A DNA stretch of 64,000 nt, from positions 1 to 64,000 of the forward strand of contig DF237311.1 of assembly GCA_000708835.1 (NCBI GenBank). Reading direction: 5' to 3'. The notes beneath the pieces are model-generated. The model saw only the letters and a list, made by a program, of their open reading frames with translations. It was not told the origin of the DNA and did not search any database. The translations under genes were made by a program, and so were the position numbers. Of this stretch, positions 9,949-24,589 are shown piece by piece. How positions within the stretch are numbered: position 1 is the stretch's first letter; the number at the start of each line of letters is the position of its first letter. The stretch is from Klebsormidium nitens (lineage: Eukaryota > Plantae > Klebsormidiophyceae).

Positions 9949-12900
9949 ATGGCCATAAAAAGATTTGATTTTGGGGGGTCCCCAAACGAGCGCAGCTCGG
10001 CGCAGCCCATTCCCATCAAGAAGCCCGCGGCGTCAGATGCCATGGGCGCAAACGGCGTCCAATCGGGAAGCGCCAGCTGGCGCCAGCTGGCGCTTAGCGG
10101 GCTGAGCTTGCACCAGCAAATCTTGGCGGCATCACGGCGTTTGCCCCCCCTGCTGGACTTGGACTCGGAGGGAGCGTGTAGGGGGAGTGCCGAGGGGGGG
10201 AACGAAGAACTACGGATAGCGGAAGCGATGGATTGTATGAGGGAGTTTGTGCCAAGAGCTGCGCAGCTGGGAAGCGATAAGGTAACTTTCAATCAGCTTG
10301 TCTGGTGCATAATGTTTTTCTAACAATGATGTTTGAGTATAGTTATGAGGTCTGCAAGATGTAATGAAGAAGTGTTTTTGCTGATGTTGAATCTTGAGGT
10401 GTATTATGCGACACAGGAAGTAAGGCCGTGAGGACTCTCGCTTCTCTGGGCAGTTTGTGAAGAGCTGCCAAAGTTGCCGCATGCTTTGGCACTGGGCTAG
10501 GCTGATTGGTGGCTTTTGGATTTTCAAACTCTTCATTATTATCCAACCTGAGCAAGACATGAGAAGTTGAAAAACTGCAAAACCTGAACCAAATGAGTGC
10601 ACTAAGTGGGAGGAATCGTGAAACGGAAAGGTGTTTGCTGCAAGGGGGAGCAGCCTGAACAGAATTTCCCCTGCACTTGCTGCCATCTCCTTTTGAAGAT
10701 TACGCACTTTCTTCTGAGAAAGGTTGGGCCTTCCTTTGCCAGGCCCAACCTTTCAATCTGGCTGTACTTCAGTCTTAACACCCGCTGAGCTATTCAGGAA
10801 TATTGTGATGTTGCCATGATGAGTATTCGGGGAGAATACATTGAGAACTTCGCATTCGCGATGCTGTTTCGCAGAATGCATTGATAGCTGCTCTTCACTT
10901 CACCGGTGGTACACTTCGAGAAGCTTTTCAAACATGCGGTTTGTTCAGATACGGACAAGCGCTGACTTCAGAATGATGCGTGCTGACGTCATTCCTTCTC
11001 CTCCACAGGCTACGAATATCAGTGGGGGCAGTCCCCCCCAATCTACCTTGGAGCCAGGTGTCACTCCCCCATGCACCCCCGCTCTGCTCCCCTGCAGCCC
11101 CACCCCCCGCTGGCAGGTGAGAACAACTTCTGTTTGCATGTGCCTTCTCTTTTTCTGGTTTATATTCAAGCTCTCTCTCTTTTTTGGTCAGGATTGCCTA
11201 TTCCGTAAGGCAGACAAGCTTGACTAGCAAACCCTTTCTAGCTCCTTACGTCTTCTCAGCTACCGCCCAGAGACTCGCTTCTTTGTCAGGAAGAGGTGGC
11301 TTTTGACAGCTCCTGCTTCAGGAAATTAAGGGAACTGGGCCTGCTTTGCATGAAAGTGACAGCTTTACACCACTGTCAGGAGCCTCTACATTCCCAGGTG
11401 TTACTTGAAAGCTGATGAAGAGTTGGGCTCTCCTTGAATAATTTTTGAACCCTTGCCCCAGTTATTTAGCTGAGTGAATTGTCCAGGAGCTGAGTGCACT
11501 AGCTCGAGTGTCCTGTCAGCCCAGAGCTCTCAGCAAGCAACACGAGCTGTGTTGGAAAGTGATAATTTCAGAAGGTGTGCTGCACTTGGCTACTTGGCCT
11601 CTGGGTTCTTTTCACAGGACACCTGGCTCTTGGTTCATTGTCGGACAGCAAAGGGGGTGTCGTTTAATAAGTTCTTCGAAGCTTGATTTCCATTATTCTT
11701 AGAGTGTGTCATAGCAAGTGTGTGTTTCGCCCTCTGCCTGGCCTAGAAGGTCTTTTCTAGATCAAAGGACTGCTGGTAATGCTTTTCTTGTAAGTCAAAC
11801 AGCTGGGGCTGCTCTTTTCTCATGCATGGGCGGCAGAACAGGTGTTGCCTGGTCTGTAAACCCAGCTGGATATGATGACAAGCTACGTTTCTCGGTAAAT
11901 TGCTTCCACTGGGGCGTAAGTTGTAGGGGGTCCCCTTTGTAACGATGCAAAAGTCGTTGTCTCTCCGAGTTTGTCTGCATCATCAAGTTTGGGACCAGCT
12001 CCTCGAATTTGACTCCTGGTCCTCGAAGTGGACTCCCTGGGCTTGAAATGGCCCCTTCTTGTCAACACCTGAAATATGCTGGCGTAAGAAGCTCGCACAA
12101 GCTGCATAGAAGTCTCTCCAAGTCCTGGTCCGCTTTCTCTTCATTATTACCTTTTTCAAACCGGCTAAATCTACATCAAGCACTCGTCTTTGACTTGGGT
12201 AAAGCTTGTTGATTAAGAGCGTTTGAGACCTCCTCTCCTTTCTTTTCTGACAACCTCAACCTGCTCAAAATCGCTTGAACCTGGTTGATGGGCAAGGCTC
12301 CTCCAACAACCCATTCAACCAAGTACACGCCACACTGACTTCGATCGACAGGCTCTCTAGAATTCTTAGCTCAATCAACGGGCTTCTATAAGGAAGGGCC
12401 TTACCGTTTGTTAATGCTCGCAGATCATGGGCCCGGCGTCTCCGGGGGGGAACAAGCTGCGCCGGCTGCAAAGCATGGCCGACGTTGCGCACGTGAGGGA
12501 GCACTCTTGCTGTCCCGATTTTGGGAGCTCCCCCCGTGAAGAATTCCAAGTGCCCACCAGAAGCTCCAGCCTGGACTCCGCCCACAAGACAGCCGGCGAC
12601 TCGAGTCCGAGCGACGGGTTCCTGAAGAGAGTGCGCTTGTATGAGGAGGTGAGAAGCTGGGAGCCCGCTGCTTTTGAGGCTCGATCAATTTCCAGTCTTT
12701 GCTTTGCGGCCTATTGTCTGGATTATCCACTTTTGATTGGTCATAAAGAGGGGCCGGTGGCTGCTCTATTGTCAAAATATAACAGCCCTACAGCACGGAA
12801 GCTGTAAATTTTCTTTCAATGATCTGGTCGGTCGGTTCGTGCTTGACACGGCATGCCGACATGGGTTTGGGGGGGAAATGAAGAACAGCAAGGGTTTTCG

Positions 12901-14833
12901 TTGGAACCTCTGTCAAATGCCCTTCAGGAGGTGTTCAGATGGCTTCTCGACTTTGTTGATCTGATCATTCTGCAAACTCCGGCCTTCTTGGTAAACCCCT
13001 CCTTCCTACTCAGTTTTCGCCCTCCTGTCTTCCATCAAACCCTTTCTGCCTCTCTTCCCCTCTATTTGCAAGTTTCTGCATTGGTCTTTCCCCGTCCAAA
13101 CCGCTTACGTAATCAGTATCTCCCCCCCACAGACCGCTCACTCCGGCAGCCTTTTCCTCACAGCTCACTGGATCGGGTATGCCCTCCTTTAAATCGCTGA
13201 TTGAATCAGTCCCAACCCTCTTCAACCGCTCATTTCATCATTCTTTCCTTTCTTCACCAGACATCTCACTCGATTCGTCTTGCCCCGTCCAGATCCGTTG
13301 CTCCGCCTGCGACGCTCTCTTCGATTGCCCGGAATCCCTCCAGCTGCACCAGCCCACGTGCATACACCGTGACGTGACTTGCGAGCTGTGCGGGCAGGCC
13401 CGCCCACTGCGCCAGCTGGCAGCCCACGTGCAGAGGGAGTGCCCTCACGCCCAAGTGGCGTGCCCCAAGGACGGGTGCGCCTGGAAGGGCCACCGGGAGT
13501 TCCTTAAGGTACGGGACACGTGTCGTCATTTTGTTGTCCGGAAAGATTATCTCACTCATGGAAAAGCCGTTCGTTTTGGTCAATAGATTGTTCCTTCAAG
13601 GTTTATGAGAGCGACGCTGTTGAGGAGGTTGTTCTCATCTATCTTTGGCGAGACCAGTTTTCAAACTTTAGAGCCGAGTATGGACTTGCTCGAGATTCTG
13701 ATAGCAATTTTGCTTCATGCAAATCCCCGTCTCGTTGCACAACCTCGGTTGCCGTCCAGGTCCTGTTGCAAATCACCGATAAAACGAAGATACGATTCGA
13801 CTTTGCGCAGTCCGTTGAAAAGCTCTTACACCGAAAGCCAGCAGATTTGGACATTGCAGTGTGCTTTTTTTGCTCGAGATAGTACCCACGTTTTCATGAC
13901 GTCAGCGCCGCTTGCGTCACACCGTCTGAGGTCTCGATGTCTGACGTCATGCGCCTGTCGCTTCCGTCGCGCAGACGCATCTCAACGAGGTTTGCGCCTT
14001 TGCGGTCGTCCCGTGCCCCTTCGCTGGGAGCGGGTGCCCGGCACGCGTGACACGTGGCAAGCTGGGAGACCACCTGACCGATGACATCACGAACCACTTG
14101 CTGCTGGTAAATTTCGCAACTCGGCTGTGCAACTAGACCGTCTTCTCTTGCGAACTTTCTGGTCAATTGTGCACTCTTATTCATCTCGTATGCGCAGGCT
14201 GTTTTAGTTCACGAAAACCCGACGCTTTCAAGAGTATTTATTAAGCCAAGAGCCTGTCTGGGCTGTAGGTCGAACGGAGTATTGTGGGAAGTACCGGAGA
14301 TATTGCAATAGTAGCCCAATCATTCTTGCTGTAATCTGTCGCCCAAGCCTTTTCTGTACGGCAATCAGCCCACCAAATCCCGTTCGGGCTACCAAACAAC
14401 AGCCGTTTTCTCAAGTGTGCCGCTCCTTGCACCTGTCGACCATGCAACCGCTCACTCTGATCTCGCTGTTTGTTGCTTGCTTGGCCCCGACCATTTCCTT
14501 AGCCGTACACTCTGACTGACTATTCAGTAGCCCTCGCGCGCTATTTCCTTCACCGGTCAGACTCCGTCCCCTGGTTTTCAGCGTGCGTCCGTTGCCGTTT
14601 GCTCGCTTTCTTTCGACTTCGTTTCTCTCTGCACTTATGCGTCCCTTAATCGCCCCCGCGCGCTTTCCCCGCAGGTCGCGCACGAGAACGCGCAGCTGCG
14701 CGTGCGCCTTCACCAGATGGGCGCCGCCCAAACCCTGATCCAAACCCGCGTAGATAACCTCGAGACGGTGGTCCTGGTCGACCACGAGGAGGACGACACG
14801 GACGACGCCGCGTCCGAAGGCTCGTCAGCATGA
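9949..14833 (+). CDS. TRAF-type zinc-finger protein A (~390 aa; no RING or MATH domain seen)
   Basis: Six phase-0 exons: 9949-10281, 11009-11116, 12424-12648, 13293-13508, 13975-14106, 14675-14833. Repeated TRAF fingers (CELCGQ...LAAHVQRECPHAQVACPKDGC; HLNEVCAFAVVPCPFAGSGC), then a coiled-coil-like, acidic tail. Confidence 0.82.
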
Positions 14834-17800
14834 CGTCAGCGCCGAGATAAAAATCCAAACCCCAAACCCCGCCCCTCAAAACCTATTAACCCGAGTGCCA
14901 GAACCAAGCTTGCAACTCTTCGAAGCCTCATTTTTCGTAGCTCCCACAGCCCTCCACATGGGCATCTCTGAGTTCCGAAGCTGTCCTTGGAATCCGACGG
15001 CGAAACCCTTAACCCGACACCCCTAACCGGCAACCCTTTATCTCAGTCCCCCGGGAGCTCCGGCCGGTGGCACGTGGCAACGCGCCGGTTTTGATCCCAG
15101 TCAACGTCACCAGAGGAAAGCTGTATCGTATCGTGTGGTTTGTACATAGATGCCACGTGGTCTCCGATGGATAGGACAGGTTGTAAACGTATCCGTCGGC
15201 TGTCGGCATACTAAATAGACGTCAAATGTCCGGTTATAGAGTTTTGCGCCGATGATGATCTCCGGGAATGTCGTTAGAAAAGATAGACGGTTCGAGGGAG
15301 AATCTAGCTGTAGGTGTGAGTTCCCGGGTACTGGTGAGGTGTATATACACCGAATAGAGCAAGGAGGTTTCGCAGAGTAGGACCGCTAGTCGCCAATTGT
15401 AAGATCGGAGCGGCAGCGAAACAGAGATTGACGCCTGAGAAACTGTGAGGCTGCAGCCACACACTGAAGTCAAGGGAGACGCGGGTAGCGTGTATTCGTT
15501 GCACAAAACTTTGCTTATGAGGATGACTGCTTGTTCAATAAAGTACTGAAGACCTCAATGCAGAAAGTTTAGGAGAGTAATATCTATAGGTCCGAAGTCG
15601 AGTCAAAGTGATACCACAAACTTATGCGACTGGAGCAAACTCACTTGGTGTAGATTCGTCAACCTTGTGTCAACAAATGAGACGGTTGGTGTAACACCTA
15701 TTCGCCCCTATGCGATGGAGCTGTCGACTGATCGAGTGGTTCGCTTCACTCACGGGCTGGTATTTAAGGCGTATACTGCCGCCATGGAGATGTTTACTGC
15801 GTGGTTCTATCAAAGCTGGCATGCTATACTAAAGAGATCCGCTTCTCAAACGGTGTGCTTGCTTGACGGTCTGGACATTACATGCGAACTCTATTTTGAA
15901 TCGGGCGCTGCACATTTAACGCCAAGGTCGGACGCTACTGAAATGCAAAAGCTCGTGTCTAATGCACGCCTTTGAGCCGTGCACTCCTAATGATACTCAT
16001 TGTGAGTCTGATCGATGCCAACAAATGTATAGTGACTAAGTTATGCAGCGGCCGCTTTGCATATGTGTCGCCCTAGATCAACAATAACTGCAACAGCTGC
16101 ATTATAATAGCGGCACGAACGCCGATCATATGAGCTAGACGCGAAACAGGCACACTCAATCAACTTCCTGAGATATCTTACCAGGCAGGACTTGGGAGGC
16201 TGCCAAAGATGCCAAATGATCACCCAATGTTGAAAGGACACCACACACATTTGTCGCCACAGGGCATTCCACATTCGATATGGAGCACTAGCACAAAAAC
16301 GTATGGCATCCTTATGCATCGTCACGGTTTCCTTTTTGCAGCATGCCATCAAGGGCCGCCTGCACTGAGTAGATCGCCGACACGCAGTCTATCTTACTAG
16401 TTGTAATCCGGCGACTCAAAATTATCAGAGTGCAGAAGCCCACCACTCATACGTGCATTTAAAGCTTGGAGGTTGTGTGCATGATACTAACGTCCAGTAA
16501 CTTTCGCTCGACCGTTTCTGCTACTAACTACTAGCTGATTGGGCCCTTGAGTACAATATCGATCATCGAGCCAACTGATAGTGGAATGAAACCTGGATGG
16601 CGACGGCGATAAAAGCTCACATGATACTAGGATACATACATGATCCTTACTCTTTGCTTATACATATTTGCGATTCTCTAGTAGCGTCCACAGTCACTTA
16701 ATATCGAGCTTTCATTCATGATACTACTGCTAGCAAAATCCAAGCACATTGCTAATTGAACCTTAATAAAAATTGAGAGACTGTCGGAAGCGTCGGTAAG
16801 GTGTACATGACGAACGTTTGGTAGGTGGGAGCACACTAGACGAGCAATTGAACTCAGGAGTAGCGCGCGAAAGAACCCAGACCACATATGTACGCAGGCA
16901 TGATGAGAACCCTATGGTCTAGTTGGCTACAGCGAGAAGGAAAAGTGACCATATTCCGATCGTCGACCGTTCGGACCATCATGTAACATTGCTTATCTAT
17001 ATCAATGCTGCGCCTGGGTGCTCGGGTGCTCGACAAATCAGTTGGGACCTACACCAGCCGTGTCCATGCAAAACTTGAAAATGTGAGTAGGAAAGACCCT
17101 AGTATATATCAAACGGTACGGTTAAAACCTTGCAGAAAGGCCGCTGGCATCCTGGAACTCCTGGACTCGAAAGGCGGCACCTGGGAGTCGAATGGGCACT
17201 GCTTGCAGTGCTCCCGGTGGTGCCAGCTGGCAGATCCTGAATCCTGACGACTAGATTGTATGCATGGTCAAACCTCCACTTGCCGACCGTAGTACCGGCA
17301 AGACCCCGGCAGAAAGGTGGTCGGGTTCGCTGAGACAACACCGAATACCGGCATCACACAGACGGTGCATAGTCCCGGGCACTGCTCGAGTGAGCTTGCA
17401 CTCGACGGTCTGCACTGTGCACGTGCTGCATGCGCACTCGGTAGACTCACAGTTGAGGCATTGTAAATTGACCCAATTTTACGAAACAGTTAACCCGAGG
17501 GTTAATGCAGATTAACTGCTGGTCGACGCGCTTAGCCGGTACTCGCTCAAAAGTCAGGAGTCAGCACTGAGCGGACGTCACCGGTCGGCCGGCGATTGGG
17601 TTCAAACTCAATTTCGTACTTTAGCGACTTTTCCGGCGCCTCCGACGAAGGCGGCCGGTTGCGTCACCGAGACGGCGCTGATGTCGCCGGTAGCGTGCGT
17701 GGCCCGATTGATGACCAGAGAAGATGCACGGTGGCATGCGCGGCTTCGCCTGAGAACTCGGCTGTGAGGGCTTCAAGCTTCATGGACTTGGCGTGGAGCG

Positions 17801-19232
17801 CATGCAAACCATAAGCGATCCTCTTTGGGTGAGGGCTGCACATCCTCAGCCCCACTGAGACATAACGCGTTTTTTGCATCTGCCTTTTCAATCGTCAACC
17901 AACTGTTATTCTACTAGTGTAGCTGGTAATCCACTACCGTATCTCTACCTGCAGACACCTTGCAGATATTGAGGAATCAGTACAGAATCATTGTAGATTT
18001 GTAGACGTTTGCGTCTGATCGGCCTGCCTGCCGGCGTCAATCGCTGGCTGCATGCTTCTTCGACTTGAACACATATACGTTCGGCTGAGCGCATCATGTT
18101 TCTTCTAAACGGTCCTAGCATCCAGAATGATTGCAGTTTAAATGCCAGCTGACTAGGTAGGTATGTGGCAGAGTCACAGCAATGCGACAGCCTGCCCTAT
18201 CATCATAGCGGCGCTAGCACTTTCAGCTCTGGTTCATGATCGCGTGTCAGACAAGCTGGCCACATGAACAATGATAAGTGGGGCATGCAGCAACTACCGA
18301 CGTCAGAGAGCGACAGAGAAAGTCCTCAGCTCGCTTGCAGGTCGCCAGAGAGCTCACGTCAGCACTCAGTTAATGCTGCGCCCGGATCGCAATGGGCCTG
18401 GTTGCACCCTCCAGGCACCTCCCATGAGCTTCATCACCTTAAGTATCTACCTATCAAACATTCTCAGGATATTCTTAGCGAGGTGCCGCAGCGCTAGCTG
18501 GCACTTGCAGTGGCGGCCGCCGCGGATCTTAACCACTTAGCCAGAATCATTTGATTTGTTGCGTGAGCGCCAGAGCTGGCGCAGAGCCCAGCTCGGATTG
18601 GATTTCAGTCCTCATGCGCTAAGATACATTGAGCAGGCCAGCTCACTCAGTGAAGACAGGGGCAACCCCGTTCTTTCTTCCTCAGGTCCCGCCACTGGCT
18701 GTAAGCACTCTGACGTTCTTTGAGCAAAACCCAAAGCATTACAGTAGCTTGTGGCGGATGCAAGTGGAAGGGAGTGTTGCGGAACTTTCATGCTGCAGGC
18801 TGATCCTAGTAGCTGAGCAAAAGGCCAACCCCCTCCCTTCCAGTCAGTACGCAATGTCGTTTGAAAGAGCCTGACCTCAGAGTCTGATTTTCGCCCATCA
18901 GAAGGTGGTCTTGAACAAGAATGAGGAGTTGAACCTCACCGATGAGGAGTTGAACCTCACCGATTCTTCCGAAGTCCTGGCAGCTGCTTAGCAACACGTC
19001 GCCCCCCCTTCCCTTTCCCCTCCAAAACCCTCTACGATTCTTCAGCGCGCCCTCGATTCAGCGACTGCGGGTTGCCATTCTCATTCCTAGCGATGCGCAT
19101 CTGTGCAGTATCAGTGCTTGCCTTTCGAAAAAAGGTAAGTTAGGGCTGTTTCTGAGGGCAGCCCCCCAGTCAAGTCAGCGTAGATAGCGAACAGCGCACG
19201 GCCAGAAAGACCTCCAGAACGTCCAACACTCA

Positions 19233-22200
19233 ATGGCGATCATGAGGTTGCAGTTTGAGGAGTCCCCTCCGGAGCGCGCCTCATCGCAGCCTATGCCCAT
19301 TAATGGGAAGGCGGCTGAACCCCACGTCAGCTCGGACGGCGTCCACTCATGCGCCGCCAGCTGGCGCCAGCTGGCGTGTAATGGGCTGAGCCTGCATCAG
19401 CGGATTGTGGGGGGGGCGCAACGGATGCCTCCAAAGCTGAACCTGGATGCCACAACGGAGGGTGAGGGGAGTGCTCTAGATGGGGGTGACGACATCATGG
19501 GGGTTGGCAGGGGGGGGGGCAAAGATCAGCTGATGGCTGAGGCGCTGGGCTGCCTCAATGGAACGGTGCCTGTAGAGGTCTGGCCGGACGGACAAAAGGT
19601 GAGCAATCAGAATTTGAACTGTTTTTTTGTGGTTACGTTCTGCTGACCCAAAAGTGTAAATCTGGAGGAAGATTGCAAGAACACCTGAAATCTGCTGATG
19701 GGGCCTACAGTGGGGGCTGCTTGACTTTGTGCAGATTGAGACCAGTGTGAGAGTGATCCCCCAATTCCAGTATCCAACCTTTGAACAAGGAGATGGACAA
19801 AAAGATGCTCTGCTAAATCGAAAGGGCGGCTGGTTTTCAATGCAATTGACAATGGAACTCAGTAGTCCTTGAACGGGGTTGTGGGGCGGGCTCCTTACAC
19901 CTGTTGGTCAGGAGATTGGTACTGATCAGAAGACCTGCAAATGCATGATTTGTGTGCCCGTCTGTGGAAACCAAAACTCTGCAAGGTACAAGGAAGTTTC
20001 CTCGTGTAGATTATCAGCCCCCTTGCTGAAAGAATCGACTTTCTTCAAGAAAGCCTAGATCCGGGAGATACAGGTCAGTGTGTGTTACCCACCATGTGGA
20101 CTAAGATCCTCGTTGCACAGACGATTGGGGATCGTATCCTGCATCACCTCATGCTACTTCATGCGCTTTGCGCGTCTCCCACAGCAGCTCAAAGAAGGTT
20201 CTTAACTTAACCCACTGTCCGGCTTGAGAATGTTTGATGTCACTCTGACGTGTGCTGACGTCATCCTTGTCCTCGATAGGCTGCGGAGACGAGCTGGGAC
20301 ACCCCTACTACGATTACGATGTCCGAATCGGACCCTGGCGTCACTCCCCCATGCACACCGGGTCAGCCCACAAGCAGCCCCGGCTCCCCATGCCCCTCTG
20401 TATCACGGACCCCGGTAAGACTTGCTCACTGCTGCTTTTTCCGGGTTTTAATCTGATCGCCCCTCATCCCCCCAGGCTTTCCTTTCCTCCCACTACTAGA
20501 TTAAATGCTTTTTTTCCGCAAATTCTTCAAACATTTTAATGAATTTCATTCGCACTCTCCCCCTGAAGCCTCTTCTTGGTGCTCTTCTTGGGCGAACTCT
20601 GTTGGCAGCCCAAACATTCGAATCCGCTTTTCTTGTCAGCTCCGTTATTTAGAGACGTAGGAACGGAGCCAGCTTTTACAGAGTGGCTTTGGTCTTACCC
20701 CTCTTTGATTGCTGTCATAATGTCCCTTGAGCTGCAAAGGTATCACCTTTTTGGTGCTTGAAATATCCGTGTTCCACTGCCCTTTCTGGACTCTATGGGA
20801 ACATTGGCTGGGGCTTGAAGCTCTCTTTGAATACTCGGAGCGGACCAACACTTCCACGTACGGGGAAAGCTTTTCACGAACAAGACAATGAAGCTCTTAC
20901 GTCAACTTCGAAACCTCTTGAAGCCACCATTCTTCTTTCACTTCACTCTTCACCTCGTGACGGATTAAGCCAAGAACATTTGATTCTTCTAATGCAAGGC
21001 TCCTCCACACCTTTCATCCATACTCAAGTTAATTAAACTGTCTCCAGGGATCCAAGAACGAATCGAATTCGTTTATCCGTCAGTCAGAGGTGTTCCCGAA
21101 TCAAAAATGCCCCAGACGCTCGTTTTACCACCGACTTTCTACCCAAGTAAAGCTGTGGGGGTAATGCTGGAGAGATCATTCATCTCGGCGCTCGCTTGGG
21201 GTTTATGGCTCGCTTCCGAGGCAGCCGCGAGCACTCGTATACGTGCACGAGATGCGCATGGAACAAGGCAAAAGCTCATCCCATTCTGTCTTGCAGTGCC
21301 TGGCTTTCGAGACGCTCGGGGCGCCCCCAGGCGCTGAGGGGGAAGTTTGCTGCGAGCTGTGCGGGCGCACCCATCCGGCGCGCCAGCTGGCAGCCCACAT
21401 CCTGCGGCAGTGCGCGAACGTCGACGTGGCGTGCCCGAAGCCGAACTGCGGATGGAAGGGCCGCCGGATGTTCCTCAAGGTACGGTCTTGGCATTTCTTG
21501 ATGGATGGATCAGTAGGCTGCATAGTTCTGTTTATGAGAATTTGAAGTTGGTGGGTTGATCGATTCGGACAGTGTGACCTGGGTTGAAAGGCCCGCCGGA
21601 GTTCCCTAGGTACGTTTTGGGTTTACGTTGCATTGCTCAGGTTGCTCACCGTCACTTCCTAGACAGCATGGTTATTTGACCTTGGGGCTTTGACTTATGC
21701 TACAAAAAGGACTCAATGCCGGTTGAAGGGCCGCTGGGGAATTCCAAAACCGGCGTGCCGGAGTTGGATGTTTCACAAGTGAGGTCTTGCTACTCTGTGG
21801 ATCTTTAAAGTCGGTCTATCATTCCAGTTTACCATACTCGTCTCAGAATACGTTGGCTGCAGATTGAAGCAAGAAACGAGATTCTGGAGTTGCCGTGACA
21901 TTCAAATCAAGCCTCGAGACGCCACTTTGGATCTGCCGAGAAGCCAGAGGTGCCCCCTTTTTGCTTCGTACTTTTCTAAAGTCCTGACGTCAAGCTTTCG
22001 TCATGCAGACGCACCTGAGCGAGGTCTGCGCCTTTGTCGTCGTCCCGTGCTCCTTCGCCGCCAGCGGTTGCCCCGCGCGCGTGCCACGTGGCAAGCTGAA
22101 GAGCCACCTCATTGAAGACATCGGAAATCACTTGCTTCTGGTGAGGCGGGGAGATCTTGTTGGTACTCCTGCTGCTTTGGCAAGGCTGGCAGATATATCA

Positions 22201-23107
22201 AACGAGGAATATTGCTCATCATTGACGGGCGTACTAGCAGTATTCGCTTCCGCTCACGAACGCTTAATTGAGCTTCCTTTTTTGAGTTGTCTTCTTTGAA
22301 GACTGAAAGTGCGTCTACGGAGAAATCCGAAGATTTTTCCTTGCGTTTCTGCATTCCTTTGTTATCAGGAACAGGGTGTTTCGTTTCGACCCACTTATGA
22401 ACGTCGCCGACTAAACTTATACCAATCCGCTCGACTTACTGAATTGACATCTCTTATACTCGACCTTAAACTCCGTCGCCTCTATACCGTTTACGCCCGA
22501 CTACATCGTAAAGCATGAGACGTTAAGAATCAATTCGCAGGATTGTCCACCCGCACTAGATGCCGCCAGATTCATTTCAAAAGTGAGGTCCGTCAAATGC
22601 CAGTTGCGAAGAGCTGAAGCTAAATTCGAGCCAGATTCCAGTGTCGTTTTCTCCTCTCGCGGGAAAGACATCCACAGCTTGGCATTGAAGGGAAGAATTC
22701 CAAGTCTGACCACGACTAAAAATCAAGAGGCGATTGGACCATTCAGCTCAGCGAAACAAATACCACGTCTGATTTTTGCCCAGGTTTTTCCGCCGCAGGT
22801 TGAGCTGTTGGCCTGTGCTTCGTTGCTTGCATTGAAACACACATCCAACCTTATGTTTTTCTTTGTTGATGCTCCGATTCAGAGGAGTTTCGAACAGCTT
22901 TTTTTTTTTATGCGGTTCGACGTCAGGCCCTAAGACCCCCCGCAGGTCGCCCACGAGAACTCGCAGCTGCGCGCGCGCCTTCACAGGATGGGTTCCGCCC
23001 AAACCCTGCTCCAAACCCGCGTCGATAACCTCGAGACAGTGGTCCTGGTCGACCACGAGGAGGACGACGCCGCGGACGCTGCCGCGTCTGAAGGCTCGTC
23101 AGCATGA
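19233..23107 (+). CDS. TRAF-type zinc-finger protein B (~325 aa), tandem paralog of A
   Basis: Exons 19233-19598, 20280-20414, 21297-21479, 22009-22140, 22946-23107. Shares ASWRQLAxxGLSLHQ, GVTPPCTP, the TRAF fingers and a near-identical last exon with A. Confidence 0.8.
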
Positions 23108-24589
23108 GGTCAGCTTGTTTTCCATGACGTCAGCGCGTGGTCTGGGTGCGCGAAGCTTTTGCACAGTCAGAAGGCTCGTGCCATTTCGTGGCCGACAAGA
23201 CCCCTTCCTCGAATCCCCCGCGGCTGATAACTCAGAGCCGGACGGTAGTCATACAGTGGGTTGTAGATAAGTGCCACGTGGCACCAAAAGTAGAGAGATT
23301 TCTCAGATGCTGGCCCGTTTGCATGTCGTCAAAAGGTCCTCGCTCGGAAGCATACATCACTGGCCGCCCGCGTATACTATGTACCATACGATCTGACCAT
23401 TGCTTCCGGGAGTGCGAAACATTCTAGGAAACTTCCAATAGGAGAGAGTCCAGTGATACCAGTTGAAAAAAACAGAACGGCAGATTGGGCGCGTAGCTGC
23501 CACCCGTCCGCAAGTGATCATAAATCGTTCGGAACAGCACCGCTTTGAGACTTCAGAGAACGCGCAAACTAGTTTTCAATGTCCGCCACATCATGCAGTG
23601 GGGTGTAAAGTAGTAGTAAAGGTAGATCGACAAAGTATTTTGGCCGATTTGTACACTGCACGAGATCGAAGCTTCTTTCAAGGAAGTCGAGGACGATAAA
23701 AAGTCATTTTCCTGGTCAGGAAGAAACTTGACACGTTGCATAGGGCAGTGGGCCGCTCGCGAATCGGGTCAGAGCCCGACTGTAACATTGAACAGAGAAA
23801 TTCAGTCTGAAATCCCATCTGAAGCATTGCATTGAATTGTCATTCGTACGTTCAAATTTTCAGTGGCAATTTGAGACGGATTGTCAACGCAGCCGGCAAT
23901 GTTTCGCCTCTGCAATGAGTCGCGTCAGTTACTTCAAGTTCAGCCAGCGCGGCCTCTTTTGGTTGCGCTGGGTATCGTAGCTGGTCAAAATTGACTCTTG
24001 TCATGAAAACCATACCTTTGAGCTCTTGCGCCAAGTGAGACGTACCAGAAAGTTTGCTACCCCTATAGCCACAAGGTCTCCAATCCACGGTGATCACTGA
24101 TTGGTCGACGTTATAGCGTATTGCGACGATTCCTGCAAGGAATCGACTATGACTTGAATCTCGTTAAGGTATATTGGTGGGCTGCTTACGGCTTACACCG
24201 ACGCCAATGCCAGTGGTTGAACTGCCGACTGGTTGGTCCACTCGGGTGGATTGCAATTGCACCCTGGCTGGAACGTCTTTCCGAAACGCTGTCGACGTAG
24301 ATTAGAAGGAGAAACCTACTGCAACCGGCATTTGCCCCTTCATGCAAATGAACCTACGCAGTGAACACAAGCTAACACGTTTACGTACAAGGATGACAAC
24401 ACGATTTATGTATGACTGATATGGGCTGCTGATCATTGAAGGATCTTTGAAGTACGTCGTCCTGCCTGATAGAACGTCTCGTTGGACTTTCTCATTGACA
24501 GAGCAGGCCCCCGGATTGAAGTGGCTGCGACCTGCTCCTATTTTCTAAGAATCAAGTCGCCCGTACGCCTTTCTTGGGCTGCAGCGTGG

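Noticed and set aside
17664-17891. Kinase-like fragment (RIAYGLHALH)
   Set aside because: No HRD/DLK or DFG motif in frame; insufficient evidence.
18921-18962. 21-bp perfect tandem duplication (similar small duplications at ~28292, ~30960, ~39286; CAAT microsatellite at ~39950)
   Set aside because: Ordinary slippage with no associated structure.
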